Under the pieces are notes generated by a model that ran no database searches, had not been told where the DNA came from, and saw only the letters and a list, made by a program, of their open reading frames with translations. A stretch of 45,016 nt of DNA from IMG/VR virus record IMGVR_UViG_3300020352_000501, positions 1 through 45,016 of that record; one strand, 5' to 3'. The translations under genes and the position numbers were made by a program. The first letter of the stretch is position 1; each line of letters begins with the position of its first letter. The stretch comes from a virus. Lineage: Duplodnaviria > Caudoviricetes. This document shows, in pieces, positions 16,551 to 28,200 of this stretch.

Positions 16551-19500
16551 CTAACTCGCCAATGCAATAATTCTAAGGTCTTTTACTTTAGGTACGACCG
16601 ATGAATTTTTTGTTTTCAAGACAATTTTTACAGAAACCGAAGTAAATTCTGGGACATTTCTGATATCCATATCATATTCTTTAAAATCATATTCATCAGC
16701 CGAGGCATTATTATATCCGGCGACTCTAGGAATTAAAGTATATGCCAATTTGGAAAATATCTGATCCTCGGCGGTTTTAATTCTATAATAAAAATCTATA
16801 TCACAATCATCCTGTCTATTCACGCCACATATAACTCTGAGAGATGTGGCCACTTGGTCTAAAGAAACTTCCTTTGTGATGTATTTAGTTGCAACAGAGC
16901 CCCCCTGTGCTGCGGTCTCATCGACAAATCCAGTATTTACATGTCCAAAATTACCTTCCAATACATCCAATGGACTATTGGTTTTGTTAGAAATCAAAAT
17001 ACAACTCAGGCCCTGCGTATCTATGACAGGTGACAGACTATCGTTTTCCGAAGAAAGTTCCAATTTAAATACCAAAGATTTTTTATCCAAAGAATTTGTG
17101 CTCGTACTGAATTCTTCTTCGTTAAAATTTGTTGCAACCATTCTTGGCGTTGTAAAATTCATATTCGTATTTGGAGTAAACGATGTAAATACGTTATCTC
17201 TTACGCATGGGGCATTGATAGAATCTTGTGAAGTACCGCTAAGAGTTTTCATATATGTGTCAATTCTAGTATTCGGTAATTCGATAGTTTTTATGTTAGG
17301 TTTCATAGAATCGTACTTAAAGTTTGATTTATACCTAACACCTTTTATTTGATTAGATTGCGGAGTATATAAATCCGTAACAATAGGTAAATTTCCGGCT
17401 GGATATGCAACCTGAAGTGTACTGATACCAAGTGGATAAAAAGGATTTTTTAAATCGATGGTAAAACTTGTGGCTGTTGTATCCGTCACAAGATGCGAAC
17501 CGTTGAGCGCGTCAGATGGAAAAACATCATATGTTCCGTGAAATCCCATAAGAGTGATATAATTATATCCATTAGGTTGCCAGAATCTGGTAGATACTGC
17601 ACCACCACTATTAGGAACAGTAAATGTTACCTTTGAACTATTTGCAGTGATTTTCATAGAATTTTCACCAAAAGTTTCAGACCACTGATCACTACCAATA
17701 TCATCAACTTCGTCGTTTTGTAAGAAAACTTGGGCCCGTCCACTAGTATCAAATTTTGCCCGCATGACTCTAAATTTCAGATCTTCCATTTGGTCTGCCG
17801 TCCAAGTCGAGGCGTTTTGAGATTTAAAAAACACACCCGCATAAGGTTGTTTTGAAATGACTCCAGAACCATCTAAAGATTCATCTCCCATTCTTGCAAC
17901 ATGCGCCCTATATCCTTGTGTATCTGCCATAATAACAATACAGTATTCGGTATTATCTTGCACAAAAATAGGTGAGGGAAATGTGAATAGGGTAGGTTGA
18001 ACGCCATCATCGGACAATGTGACATCATCAGGATATACGATAGATGTACCTAAGATTTTAGGGCCTGGATATCCATTTACAGTTTGTCTAATCTGACATG
18101 TGACCGGTTTAGTTTCATCCTTAGTTGAGAAAAACAATTCAACGGCGGTGATAAATGCACCACCATCTTGATCGATCATAATTGTCTGCGCGAGCGGATC
18201 GTACCATCCACCAGCAGTAATTGTAGTGTTGATTTGATTATCAGTAATTGCTTCCGAATCGGCAACATCTCTAGTTGAGAAATCTGGTAGACGTGTTAAA
18301 ACAATTTGATCTGCAACGGTTTCTGTGACACCACTCGCAACATATGTTGCCTGCGCCTCAGTACCATTATCAGTACCATTATTCGGTTGGTCTGTCAACT
18401 TAAAAATACGTTCGCCAGTCTTAAACCTGAGATTGTTATTATTTGGAATTTCAAATATCCCATTGACAAAACCCGAAGTATCTGATATGATATCCTGCGA
18501 ACCCACAGAAATATTACTACCGGACGGCCAAGGGCCTAAGTTCTTAGTTGCCACGCCACTGACATTGCTTGAGTTTGGATATTCTATAACAATTGCCTCA
18601 CTGGCGACATAATTAGAAATACCGAATTCTGGGGTTTCTGAGATTTCACCGTCCATATGAATTTCCAAACTTTGTGCGCTATTCCATTTGACATCAAAAC
18701 AACGAATTCTATGTTGGGAAACTGTACCTACTATCCACACATTACCCGCATTATTTCTAATAAGTTTTCTTTGTGATCGCCAGAATGTGGCTACGGCCGC
18801 AGGAACATTGTCAAACGTAATTTTTGTGGTTGATGCGCAAAATTCAGAAACATTGATTCCATCAAAAAACTGAAAGAGTTTTGTGTTAGGTTTCATTTTT
18901 TCCGCACACCAATAAACTTTTCTTGATCGCATCCAAGGTATAATTTCAGTACTTAGAGTTCGTTGACCAACATTTTGTCGATTATCCCGCATGGACACAA
19001 TTTCTTGTGTACCTGTACGGTCCTTGGTTCCTGTTAATCTGGTTCTTGTTGTAGTGACTGTCGCCTTTCTAATAAGACCCAAACTTGCTACGATAGGTGT
19101 TCTTGGGCCCCGTTCAGATCCAGTACCACGTCTTTGTTTTTCCGTAAAAGACGAAGACGTGGTACTTCTACCTGTCCAGTTATTTTCCCAACTATTCCAA
19201 CTTGTTCCCATGACACCATCTTCGGGTAATAATGCACCAAATAAATTTTGATACTCTTCGCGGTTATCAGTTACAATATCTGGGGCCTGATTAGTCACTT
19301 TCCATTCATCTACGGATGGGAACATATGAACAGAACCTTTAAACGTAAAAATGGCGAATGGATTCACATTGACAGTTTTTGAAGATTTTTCTTGCGTAAT
19401 CATATAAATTGAATCGTAGTCCAGATATATTTTTTGTTCCTCGATAGTAAATCCACTTGTACCTGCCGAAGAAAAATTTATTTTCATATTCACAAGTTTT

Positions 19501-22500
19501 TCGGTAAAGAAAGGTCTCATAAGATTATTATCACTATCCAAAGAACACTTATAATCTGGGTCTAGGGTATCACCAATAGTATGATTTGTAAACTGGTCGA
19601 CTATAAATCCATTTTTAAATCTATCATTACCGTTCTCGTCTTTAACGGCCATATCCATTGTGTCTTTTTCTAAAAGATTTAATGTTGTATAATATTCCAA
19701 GTTGGAAATTCTTTTTTCCAACTTTCCAATATCTCTCATAGTATATCTTTTATTGTCCATCATCTTCGCAGTAACGGCTGGTGGGCCGAGAGTGTACGGT
19801 CGTGTTGACAATTCATACAACACCATTCCCTCTGTCGGGTCTTCTGGTAGATCTGAATCAGGTGATGGAGATCCATATTTTAATCTAACAATACCTGTTT
19901 TTGTCATATAAAGTTTGTCAGATCTTGGAAGATAAACTCTTATGTCTGCGCCGAGAGCGGTTCCATCAATCGGATATTCAGTTGGCGAACTTACAACGCC
20001 TTTACCAATAGGATAACCAGAAATTTGTTGATATTCTAAGGCAGGACGAAAATCAATTACATCAGATAATCTTGTGTCGCCAAAACTTCCGATGGATTCA
20101 TAGTCCGAATAAGAATCCACAGAAGAATAATCACCTATGCCGTGGTGATAATAATCGTATATCACGATAGGTCTACCACCACAAGGAACCATTCCTGGCT
20201 TTAAGAATAATTCTCCAAGATCAATGCATGAAGGTTTTTGTCCATTGAATAACTCATATCTTGCGGTTATGTCATTAATCTTTACGGGTATTTGTGTTGG
20301 GTCTGAAATCAAATTTCCGCCCGCGGCCCAAGCTTCAGTGATTTCTTGAGCGAACGGATTACGAACACCCGACACAGTAAGTAGCGCCTCAAGCGCCGCG
20401 AGAGAGGCAGTACTACTGATATCTATGTCAACATTAAACGGACTCTGTCCGGTTTTTTCATAAAATTCATATGCATTTCGTGCAAATTTAAAATCATCTG
20501 AGTCCATTTCGTGAATAAATTTATTATCACTCGCAAGAATACTAATTCTATATGAAGTATTAGTAACATTACAAGTATCATATATGGCTTGGATATTTGC
20601 AATATCTGGTCGAGAAATTTGTATTTGAGAAAGACTTAATTGTAAATCTCCAGAGGCCCCAACAGTAAATGTTGGGTTCACTACTCCCGTACTTACACTA
20701 TAATTTTGTCCTAAAACATCTGCATCATATGTTGATGTAGTTGCATTTGCTGCGCTCACTGTATTATCGTAGGCTACCTCAGATAGTGCCGTTCCTGTTG
20801 CAGTTTTTAGAGTGAATGGAAGTTCGATGTTATTCGAAACCAAAGTTTTACTCTTTTCTGGCATTTCGACTTTTCTAACAGGTGCGTGAATTTTAATCTG
20901 ACTATTTACAGGAAGGTTTCCAATAGTAATATTTGCGCCTCTGAGATCGCTATCATAACTCACATCGCCAACAATCTTACCGATAAGTCCGACTGCGGCA
21001 GATCCGCCAGCGTTATAATAAATTGCAATAAGATCTTCATCTTGAATTAAACTTGTATTCGGGTCTGTTAAATCTATCCGCGCCACGTTACTTGACATGG
21101 TAACATCAAATTTTCTTATGACATTATATTGTGTATCAGAAGATTGTACTCCGGTAACATCGTTCACATTTTTGACTGTCTTTACCCAAGGTAAACCTAT
21201 ATTAACCATGCTAGAGCCTGCACCACCGTGCAAGACAGACGAACTAAAAATTCTTGCCGAGGCGGTTCCGATATCAACACTGATTTTTCCATCAAATGCA
21301 TTCAGTCCAACACCCCCACTGCTACTTGGAACTCCTTCATTAATAACTTCGTTTACCAACAAATTTCCTGTGGGTAATGGTACACCATTTAAAATTTCGT
21401 GATTTCCGTAGTTAAGAGATTTTACCAACATAACTCCTGATGAATAATCCCAATAATAATTCATTGCCCTAATATCAATATTATATTTGTCAAAAATCAT
21501 ACTGGACGTTGTGAAATTTCCAGCCATATCTGTTAGTTGCAATTTTGTTAGAATATTAGAAGCAAAAAGATAAGTTTCTGTTGATCCTGTAGGCGTTACT
21601 CTTTCTTCAGAAACCAGCGAACGGGCATCAGAAATAAGATAATCCACATTTGTTCTTGGATTTGTTTTATATTGAATATCGTATAGATAAACTTTCCAAA
21701 TACCCCTTTCTGACGCGCCAGCAATGGGTTTAAATATAGAATATGAATAGTTGTTGGACATGGCACCAGAAGAAGATTTATCGAAATATTCTATCGCCTT
21801 GACTCTTGCCGTGGCAATAACATCAGTCCCATAAGTATTCGCACCCAATAAATTTCCGCCGCCCTCGAAAAAGGTCGAATCTTCATCGTATGTTGCAGGA
21901 ACAAGATATGAATTTGTAGTTAAGTCAATATTTTGTTGTGGTGCCACATATTCGTTTACACTATCATCTGAAATATGCATATTGACAAGTTTTACCGGAG
22001 CGTCTATTTCTGGCACACCTTTCATGTCAGAAACATACATAAATGCTCCAAGATTTACCGGCATAAATTTATTGTTTATTTGATAATTTGTTCTAGACTT
22101 TTGATATGGAATGTATTTGGCATGATTTGACGATGGTTTTCTTTCGATTTCAAACCCTCTAACATATGCCTTACCATTTTCGACACCCAATGCAAGTTTG
22201 GTACGCATGGCCTCCAATAAATTTTCATGTGTCCGGCCAGGATAATATAATGTTCCGGTAGTGTCTAAATTTTGTTCGGGGTATAGTGCAAGTTCGATAC
22301 TAGAAATTGTGTGTGCCTCGCCGAGGCCTTCAGTTACCATACCAATATCGTTTGGAAATTCTGACAATGCAAATGCTCTAGCACCGGTCTCATTTGCAAA
22401 CGACATATCTTTCATTGTGAAAATACCATCGTTGAAATTTTCGTTATAATATTCTCTGATGTCTAGTGGAAATGGTGTGACGGTAAAATCACCGGCCTGA

Positions 22501-23495
22501 TCATATGTCCGCCGGGCCATATTCCTCATCAAAGTTGTTTGTGGGGTGGTATCAACGTATGAGTTAAGTTTTCCATCTCTAACAGAAATCAACTCAATAA
22601 AATTATTGGTGTCTATCGCATCAATATCTCTTTTTGTCAGTACCAATTCTATTTTATATCTATCTGCCCCAGGCGAGTTAAAGTTGGTACTCCCCAAAGA
22701 ATTGTCTAACAGACTCGAATCATCGTTATATGATGCTATAGATTCATGAATTTCCAAACCAATTTTATATGTAGGAACATTACTGTATTTGTCCAAAATA
22801 ATACTCTGGGCGTTTACTTGTACCAAATTACCTTTGACATAATAAATTCCCTGTTCTATAAATGCAAGAGAACCAACTCCGATAGGATTTAACGTGCCGT
22901 TTGCAGTTTGTTGCACTTCACATACCAGATTTGTTCCATCGGTTGTAAATGCAATAAGATCTTCGCCTTCTACAAATGTTCCACTTTGGCCATCTGAAAA
23001 TTGAACAGTCTCGCCATTGACAACAAGCACTTCACCGGAGACATTGATAGTTTGGCCATCAACTACGGTTCCGGCAGGTGCAACCCCTTCAAGATACTTA
23101 ATATATAGTGTGGCGGGTGCATCATCTGCCGCAGTGATAATATTATCGTTATTTAAATCTACTGGATCTGAAAAATTTACAACTAACGCCCGAATACCAG
23201 TTTTTTTACCCTGAACAACCTGTCCCACAAAACTATTTGCACTAACAATTCCTGTGGGTAAGTCGATTTTTACATAACCGGCCTTACTGTCCAGTGCTGC
23301 AGCGCCTGGAATTACCATCGCACCATCTTTGAAAAAATGATCAGAAAGATTAGCAATTTGTTTTTGTAAAAGACTCTGCATCTGAGTCATTTCTCGCGCC
23401 TGTACGGAATTTCCAGGCTTGAATAATATTTTTAAATATCCCTTATTGATATCATAGTCATCAAAATAAGGTGTTACATTTAGATTTAAGGCCAT
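16551..23495 (-). CDS. VrlC-like / DUF4815 large baseplate-associated structural protein (2314 aa)
   Basis: NLNVTPYFDDY..KILFKPG..VQAREMTQMQS, PGADRYKIEL, NKRYTMRDIGKLEKRI..LEYYT.L, RFKNGFIVDQF, DPLAQT, FKSQNASTW..Q.EDLKF and C-terminal P.VKDLRIIALA. Position directly after gp8. Confidence 0.88.
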   Translation of the reverse strand: MALNLNVTPYFDDYDINKGYLKILFKPGNSVQAREMTQMQSLLQKQIANLSDHFFKDGAMVIPGAAALDSKAGYVKIDLPTGIVSANSFVGQVVQGKKTGIRALVVNFSDPVDLNNDNIITAADDAPATLYIKYLEGVAPAGTVVDGQTINVSGEVLVVNGETVQFSDGQSGTFVEGEDLIAFTTDGTNLVCEVQQTANGTLNPIGVGSLAFIEQGIYYVKGNLVQVNAQSIILDKYSNVPTYKIGLEIHESIASYNDDSSLLDNSLGSTNFNSPGADRYKIELVLTKRDIDAIDTNNFIELISVRDGKLNSYVDTTPQTTLMRNMARRTYDQAGDFTVTPFPLDIREYYNENFNDGIFTMKDMSFANETGARAFALSEFPNDIGMVTEGLGEAHTISSIELALYPEQNLDTTGTLYYPGRTHENLLEAMRTKLALGVENGKAYVRGFEIERKPSSNHAKYIPYQKSRTNYQINNKFMPVNLGAFMYVSDMKGVPEIDAPVKLVNMHISDDSVNEYVAPQQNIDLTTNSYLVPATYDEDSTFFEGGGNLLGANTYGTDVIATARVKAIEYFDKSSSGAMSNNYSYSIFKPIAGASERGIWKVYLYDIQYKTNPRTNVDYLISDARSLVSEERVTPTGSTETYLFASNILTKLQLTDMAGNFTTSSMIFDKYNIDIRAMNYYWDYSSGVMLVKSLNYGNHEILNGVPLPTGNLLVNEVINEGVPSSSGGVGLNAFDGKISVDIGTASARIFSSSVLHGGAGSSMVNIGLPWVKTVKNVNDVTGVQSSDTQYNVIRKFDVTMSSNVARIDLTDPNTSLIQDEDLIAIYYNAGGSAAVGLIGKIVGDVSYDSDLRGANITIGNLPVNSQIKIHAPVRKVEMPEKSKTLVSNNIELPFTLKTATGTALSEVAYDNTVSAANATTSTYDADVLGQNYSVSTGVVNPTFTVGASGDLQLSLSQIQISRPDIANIQAIYDTCNVTNTSYRISILASDNKFIHEMDSDDFKFARNAYEFYEKTGQSPFNVDIDISSTASLAALEALLTVSGVRNPFAQEITEAWAAGGNLISDPTQIPVKINDITARYELFNGQKPSCIDLGELFLKPGMVPCGGRPIVIYDYYHHGIGDYSSVDSYSDYESIGSFGDTRLSDVIDFRPALEYQQISGYPIGKGVVSSPTEYPIDGTALGADIRVYLPRSDKLYMTKTGIVRLKYGSPSPDSDLPEDPTEGMVLYELSTRPYTLGPPAVTAKMMDNKRYTMRDIGKLEKRISNLEYYTTLNLLEKDTMDMAVKDENGNDRFKNGFIVDQFTNHTIGDTLDPDYKCSLDSDNNLMRPFFTEKLVNMKINFSSAGTSGFTIEEQKIYLDYDSIYMITQEKSSKTVNVNPFAIFTFKGSVHMFPSVDEWKVTNQAPDIVTDNREEYQNLFGALLPEDGVMGTSWNSWENNWTGRSTTSSSFTEKQRRGTGSERGPRTPIVASLGLIRKATVTTTRTRLTGTKDRTGTQEIVSMRDNRQNVGQRTLSTEIIPWMRSRKVYWCAEKMKPNTKLFQFFDGINVSEFCASTTKITFDNVPAAVATFWRSQRKLIRNNAGNVWIVGTVSQHRIRCFDVKWNSAQSLEIHMDGEISETPEFGISNYVASEAIVIEYPNSSNVSGVATKNLGPWPSGSNISVGSQDIISDTSGFVNGIFEIPNNNNLRFKTGERIFKLTDQPNNGTDNGTEAQATYVASGVTETVADQIVLTRLPDFSTRDVADSEAITDNQINTTITAGGWYDPLAQTIMIDQDGGAFITAVELFFSTKDETKPVTCQIRQTVNGYPGPKILGTSIVYPDDVTLSDDGVQPTLFTFPSPIFVQDNTEYCIVIMADTQGYRAHVARMGDESLDGSGVISKQPYAGVFFKSQNASTWTADQMEDLKFRVMRAKFDTSGRAQVFLQNDEVDDIGSDQWSETFGENSMKITANSSKVTFTVPNSGGAVSTRFWQPNGYNYITLMGFHGTYDVFPSDALNGSHLVTDTTATSFTIDLKNPFYPLGISTLQVAYPAGNLPIVTDLYTPQSNQIKGVRYKSNFKYDSMKPNIKTIELPNTRIDTYMKTLSGTSQDSINAPCVRDNVFTSFTPNTNMNFTTPRMVATNFNEEEFSTSTNSLDKKSLVFKLELSSENDSLSPVIDTQGLSCILISNKTNSPLDVLEGNFGHVNTGFVDETAAQGGSVATKYITKEVSLDQVATSLRVICGVNRQDDCDIDFYYRIKTAEDQIFSKLAYTLIPRVAGYNNASADEYDFKEYDMDIRNVPEFTSVSVKIVLKTKNSSVVPKVKDLRIIALAS

Positions 23496-23516
23496 ATTTA
23501 CTTTCTTTCAAATTTA

Positions 23517-25229
23517 TTAAAATTCGAAGACAACTTTAATATCTTCTATTTGGTCTACTGCTCTCGCAACAGGTTGTCTATTTTCTACATAAAGGACTTT
23601 ACCGGATCCCGTAAGAACGTCGAAGGTAGATTCATCAGTGGTATTAAAATCAGGGTGTTTTGGACCACGATACAACTCTTCAGTTGCGGGTGGGTTTCCT
23701 GAAGTTGCTTCCTGTGGATCCGCAACGATTGCAATCTGTCTAAACTGCGCCTCTGCTCCCGTAACAGGAAACATAACTTTGGTTTTATTAACAGATTGAT
23801 CATCAAGTCTGCTGGCCTGTTCATCATACTCCAATCTCATTGAGATCATACAGTAGTAACCTGCCAATTCTTCGATTGCATCAAAACCATGGCCCATATC
23901 AGGAGAAATGATAGGTTTTATTTTACATGCATTGACATTAGGATTTCCACTCGAATCAAATGCAGGAATATGATTAGTAACGATAGTTGCATTATCAACA
24001 TGTGTCCAATTTTGTCCAGCAGCGGTTATAACAATTTCTGTAATTTTATTTCCACCCGAAACTAATCCGTATGCAGAAAATCCACTACCGTTTCCAGAAA
24101 TAGTAACGCCCGGAGCCACAATAACATTTGTTCCAGTTCCGCTAAATCCACTACCTGTTCCGATATCTACAGTGGCAGTAACATTACCACCACCATTATC
24201 AACCCACCCTGTAATTTCAAGGTTTTCGTTATTATCCAAATCAATAATATGATATCCGATATAATCAAGAGTTGCGTTTGGAACCCCAACTAAAGTGGCA
24301 GAATTGCCGCTCAAAGTAGTTGCACCACCCGCCCCAGCATTTGAAAAATTGATATTTGAATGATAACCAATCCCACCTGTCAGACCATTTCCAATTTCAT
24401 TTTCTAAAATTTTAACATGTTCTATCTGATTTGCAACTTGTGCGGCGGCAGTTTGGACTTGCCACTGCACGCCCTGTGCAGTAGAATTTAAAACACCAGT
24501 AGGCATATAAATAATTGTGTCAATAGGAATATAATCCTTTGTCAAGAATTTTAGTGCATCTGCTAATTTGATAGAATACATATATTTCCAAATATAACCA
24601 TCAGAAGTCCTTTCGAAATCTGTCGTCGAAAGTGTAGTTGGTTTGACTGTCGATGCTACGGCGATACCTGTGGTTGCATCGTCTACAAATCTTTGGTTGT
24701 TAATACACTTATAAACATTATACTGGTTTGATGTTTCAGTGATAACATATCCATTAGGTATAATTTCTTCGGGTGAGTCGTGCTCATACATGGTATAAAC
24801 GCGGCCGGACGTCCAGTTGATTCTTGGAATTGCGAGAGTCATATCGGCATAATTGATTTTTTTAAATGCAAGACTTTCTGCTTTTGTTTCATAACCATAT
24901 CCAATAGAATCTTGTGGTGTTGGTGGATTTGCATCATTAACCCAAGGTGTATGTTTTGCAATTGCCATATATAAGTTATTATACACTGCGAGGCCCTGAT
25001 GTTTCCATACAAGAGTCGAACCGTCCGAAAGACTTGTGGGTGTGGGCCCAGTTCCTTCAGCGGCACTAGTTCCTGCCACAAGCGCGATAAATAAATTTTC
25101 ATTATTTACGATCACATCACCTAGATTGTAATTTTGCCCAGCCACCCATACAGGCGCAGAACGATTGATTGACTGTAAGAATTCCTGTGCATTGAAAATT
25201 CTCAGTTTATTAGTAATAATTGCTGCCAT
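23517..25229 (-). CDS. gp8: Baseplate wedge subunit gp8
   Basis: MAAIIT..LR.FNA..F start, IPRINWTSG..Y.MY, YNVYKC..N, DGYIWKYMYSI, and C-terminal SG.VLYVENR.P..R..DQIEDIKVVFEF. Confidence 0.88.
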   Translation of the reverse strand: MAAIITNKLRIFNAQEFLQSINRSAPVWVAGQNYNLGDVIVNNENLFIALVAGTSAAEGTGPTPTSLSDGSTLVWKHQGLAVYNNLYMAIAKHTPWVNDANPPTPQDSIGYGYETKAESLAFKKINYADMTLAIPRINWTSGRVYTMYEHDSPEEIIPNGYVITETSNQYNVYKCINNQRFVDDATTGIAVASTVKPTTLSTTDFERTSDGYIWKYMYSIKLADALKFLTKDYIPIDTIIYMPTGVLNSTAQGVQWQVQTAAAQVANQIEHVKILENEIGNGLTGGIGYHSNINFSNAGAGGATTLSGNSATLVGVPNATLDYIGYHIIDLDNNENLEITGWVDNGGGNVTATVDIGTGSGFSGTGTNVIVAPGVTISGNGSGFSAYGLVSGGNKITEIVITAAGQNWTHVDNATIVTNHIPAFDSSGNPNVNACKIKPIISPDMGHGFDAIEELAGYYCMISMRLEYDEQASRLDDQSVNKTKVMFPVTGAEAQFRQIAIVADPQEATSGNPPATEELYRGPKHPDFNTTDESTFDVLTGSGKVLYVENRQPVARAVDQIEDIKVVFEF

Positions 25230-25266
25230 TTGTCTGCCTTTTTTATATCGTTTGCGATTTTATATC

Positions 25267-25274
25267 TATTTATA
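25267..25274 (-). promoter_or_regulatory. T4-type late promoter TATAAATA
   Basis: Exact consensus in the gp7-gp8 intergenic region. Confidence 0.7.
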
Positions 25275-25280
25275 ATCTTT

Positions 25281-28200
25281 TTAATCGGCTAAGGTCGAAT
25301 TTATATTATTATTAATCTCTTCCAAAGTTATCGGTGGTGTATTCTTGTCATAAGTCGTTATTGATGCTTCCGGTGCAAAATTAGTTTTTGCGTGTAAACT
25401 TCCATCTTCGGAGTATCTTAAAAATGTACTTTCAGTCATTTGATTCTCATCATAGTCGATTCTGTCTACATTATAGTCTAATAACTGCAACTTTTCATTA
25501 AATTTAAATCTTTCTACTGATAAATTAGTTGGGCCCATACGTTTTCTTGTATTTGAATTTGGTGTTTCTTCACTCATAACTAAAAATGCAGGCCGAATAT
25601 CAATATAAGAATCTAATACTGCTCTATATTTTCTGTCCGTTTTTTCAGTCACCTCGGAAATTCTAGTATTTCTCCATTTATGGTCTGTACCATCTGTATT
25701 TCCAACCCAATCGCCATCGGCAGATGCATCTATTGGTAAATAGTACCACATATTGTAATTGTTGCCCCGGCGGGGGACGTATGATAAACCATTGCCCTCT
25801 GAGAGATGGCGGGTCTGCCAGTAAGGAGAATCATAAATTTCTTCAACAGGACTGAATAACATAGGTGACAATCTTTCCCAAGGATAAACGTCTGTAAAAT
25901 AAAACTTGAAACGCTCTAATGAACGCCAAGTCGTATGCAAGGTTGGAACATCGCCCTCTTTATTATTATTAAATCTTCCAGAAATATTTATAATCATTTT
26001 TTCATCGCGGGGATTTGCCCCATCCATAATAGCACCAACCCAATAATTTGCGTTTCTATCAACATTTCCTCTGAAAACGGTGTCCCATCTAAATTCTACT
26101 TTATTTGTCTGATAAGACGGTGCTCCATAATCAATCGGCAAATTCCCATATTTACCTAAGAATTGTACATCAAAAGTAACTCTCCGGTCTATAGGACTAT
26201 CCCAAAATGTAACTGAAAGAATTTTATATTTTCCCCAAGATTGAGTATTTAACCATTCATCGTCTGTTACTATCATATCTGATGTATCGTATATTGTTAC
26301 CGTGTTACCAATGATTTCAGACTCATAATAATAACCATAATCCTTGCCGGACGCATCTTTATAATTTAATGCAATCTTTTTGACATCATACCAATCATAT
26401 GCAGCGATGTCATCAGCACCAAGTAATGCATACCGTCCCGTTCCTTGGTCGACACTTGCCGCGCCCACTGTGTCGTCAGAAACCTCGCCCCTACCTACAC
26501 CATTATATAAATTAACAGTGTTTCCATCATCGTCTATATAATCTGTATAACTGTTGGCTGTTTCTTGTCTATTATCGTAAGAAATTTTCAATCCTGTAGA
26601 ATTTAAGAAATTTGTATCTTGTGGAAGTGTGTCAAAACTAAGATATGTCCATCTGCCCGCGCCGTCCATATTTTTCATTTTTACATTGATATTTTTTATG
26701 ATCTCATATATCAATTGTTGCCAGACCTCTGTTCCTCTACGAACTTCTGCCCCACTGACAGATGCGTATTCCCCAAACATCATAAGTCCGGCGGGGTGTA
26801 AAACTTTCTTAACAATCTTACGCCATTCGTCGATATATCTTCCTACCTTTACGACATACGAAAAATCCTGCCACAGATAACTATCGGTAATTCTGTTTTC
26901 ATCCGACAAAAATCCACTCTGAGTTTTAAAATCACCTGCTGAAACACATAAAGGTCCAACTATTGCATTAACTACAGCCTGACCATCTCCAAGGCCTGTG
27001 AGATCAAAAGTTGGGGCCGTATCGTAATCAATTCCAAAACCATCGTTTGCACTATTAAGGTGTGCGTCATTTATTCTTATCTTATCAATACCACCAATGT
27101 TTGTACCGTGACCGATAAACATTGCACCCGTACCCATAGAATCATAACCTAAACTTTGTGACTGAACATACCCATTCGGAGATCTAAAATATCCAAAACC
27201 ACCTGTAACCAAATGTGTGTCAACTATTTCAGATCTTATTTTCGCATCCCATTTAACACGCAATGCCCTACCATCTGGTAATTGATATGTAGAATAGACA
27301 TTGTTTACAGAGTCAAAAATTCTTAATGATATTTTATTTTTGTTAGCGGTTGGGGCGTCACTGTCATATATAACGTATTCTAAATTATCCGTCAGAGTTG
27401 CAAATGCTTTTATATATACCTTATCGTTTTCGTTCAGGGCAGGAGAAAATGTAATTGTTGTTCCACTAGTTGCAGTAAATCCACTAACAACATTTGCGTC
27501 ATTTATCTTGACCTTTACAACTTGGTTGGGGTCATAATCAAGGTAATGAGTCGTTTGTGCATCAGTCGCAATAAAATTCGATACGACAGGAATCGACTGT
27601 CTGACATATTCTACACTTGGAACCGGATTTGCATATATCGGCGACAATGCTCCGCCAGATTTTGGATTTTCAGTTCCATCATCTGTTATCAATGTATCTG
27701 GTCCGGAAACATATTCTTCGTACCTACGTCCCGAAGTAAACCTTAAACTACCAAAAAATCCTATAGTATGATCTCCGACACCGAAATCGGCTGCGACACC
27801 TTGACGAGCACCCAAATATACGGTAGTTCCTGTAACATATTCTAACAATTGGTTTGCAGTCGTATCAACTCTTTCACCGTTTACATATAAACTCGTTTCT
27901 CCGCTGCTAAAATAAATCGCAATATGATTCCATTGTCCAAATGATAAAACTGGTGTATTGAGTGTGGTTGTATCTCTGCCTTGGGCAGTTCCATCAGACT
28001 TCGATAAAATCAAATGTCCATCAGGATGTTGTGCCAATAAAGTTTTCTGTGCGCCAGTAGAAAGTTCGTTAAATGATAACAATCCTGATTCTGTCTCACC
28101 TAATGTTGTAATCGCAGTCGATTTTCTAAAATACCAGAAATCTATCGACAACTCATCACTTGTTAGGTGTTCTGTGAATTGTTTATCTATATCATCAGTC

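Noticed and set aside
16846-17352. 168-aa plus-strand ORF and similar antisense ORFs across the structural genes
   Set aside because: Antisense to well-supported genes, with no recognisable motifs. Expected from codon bias on the coding strand.
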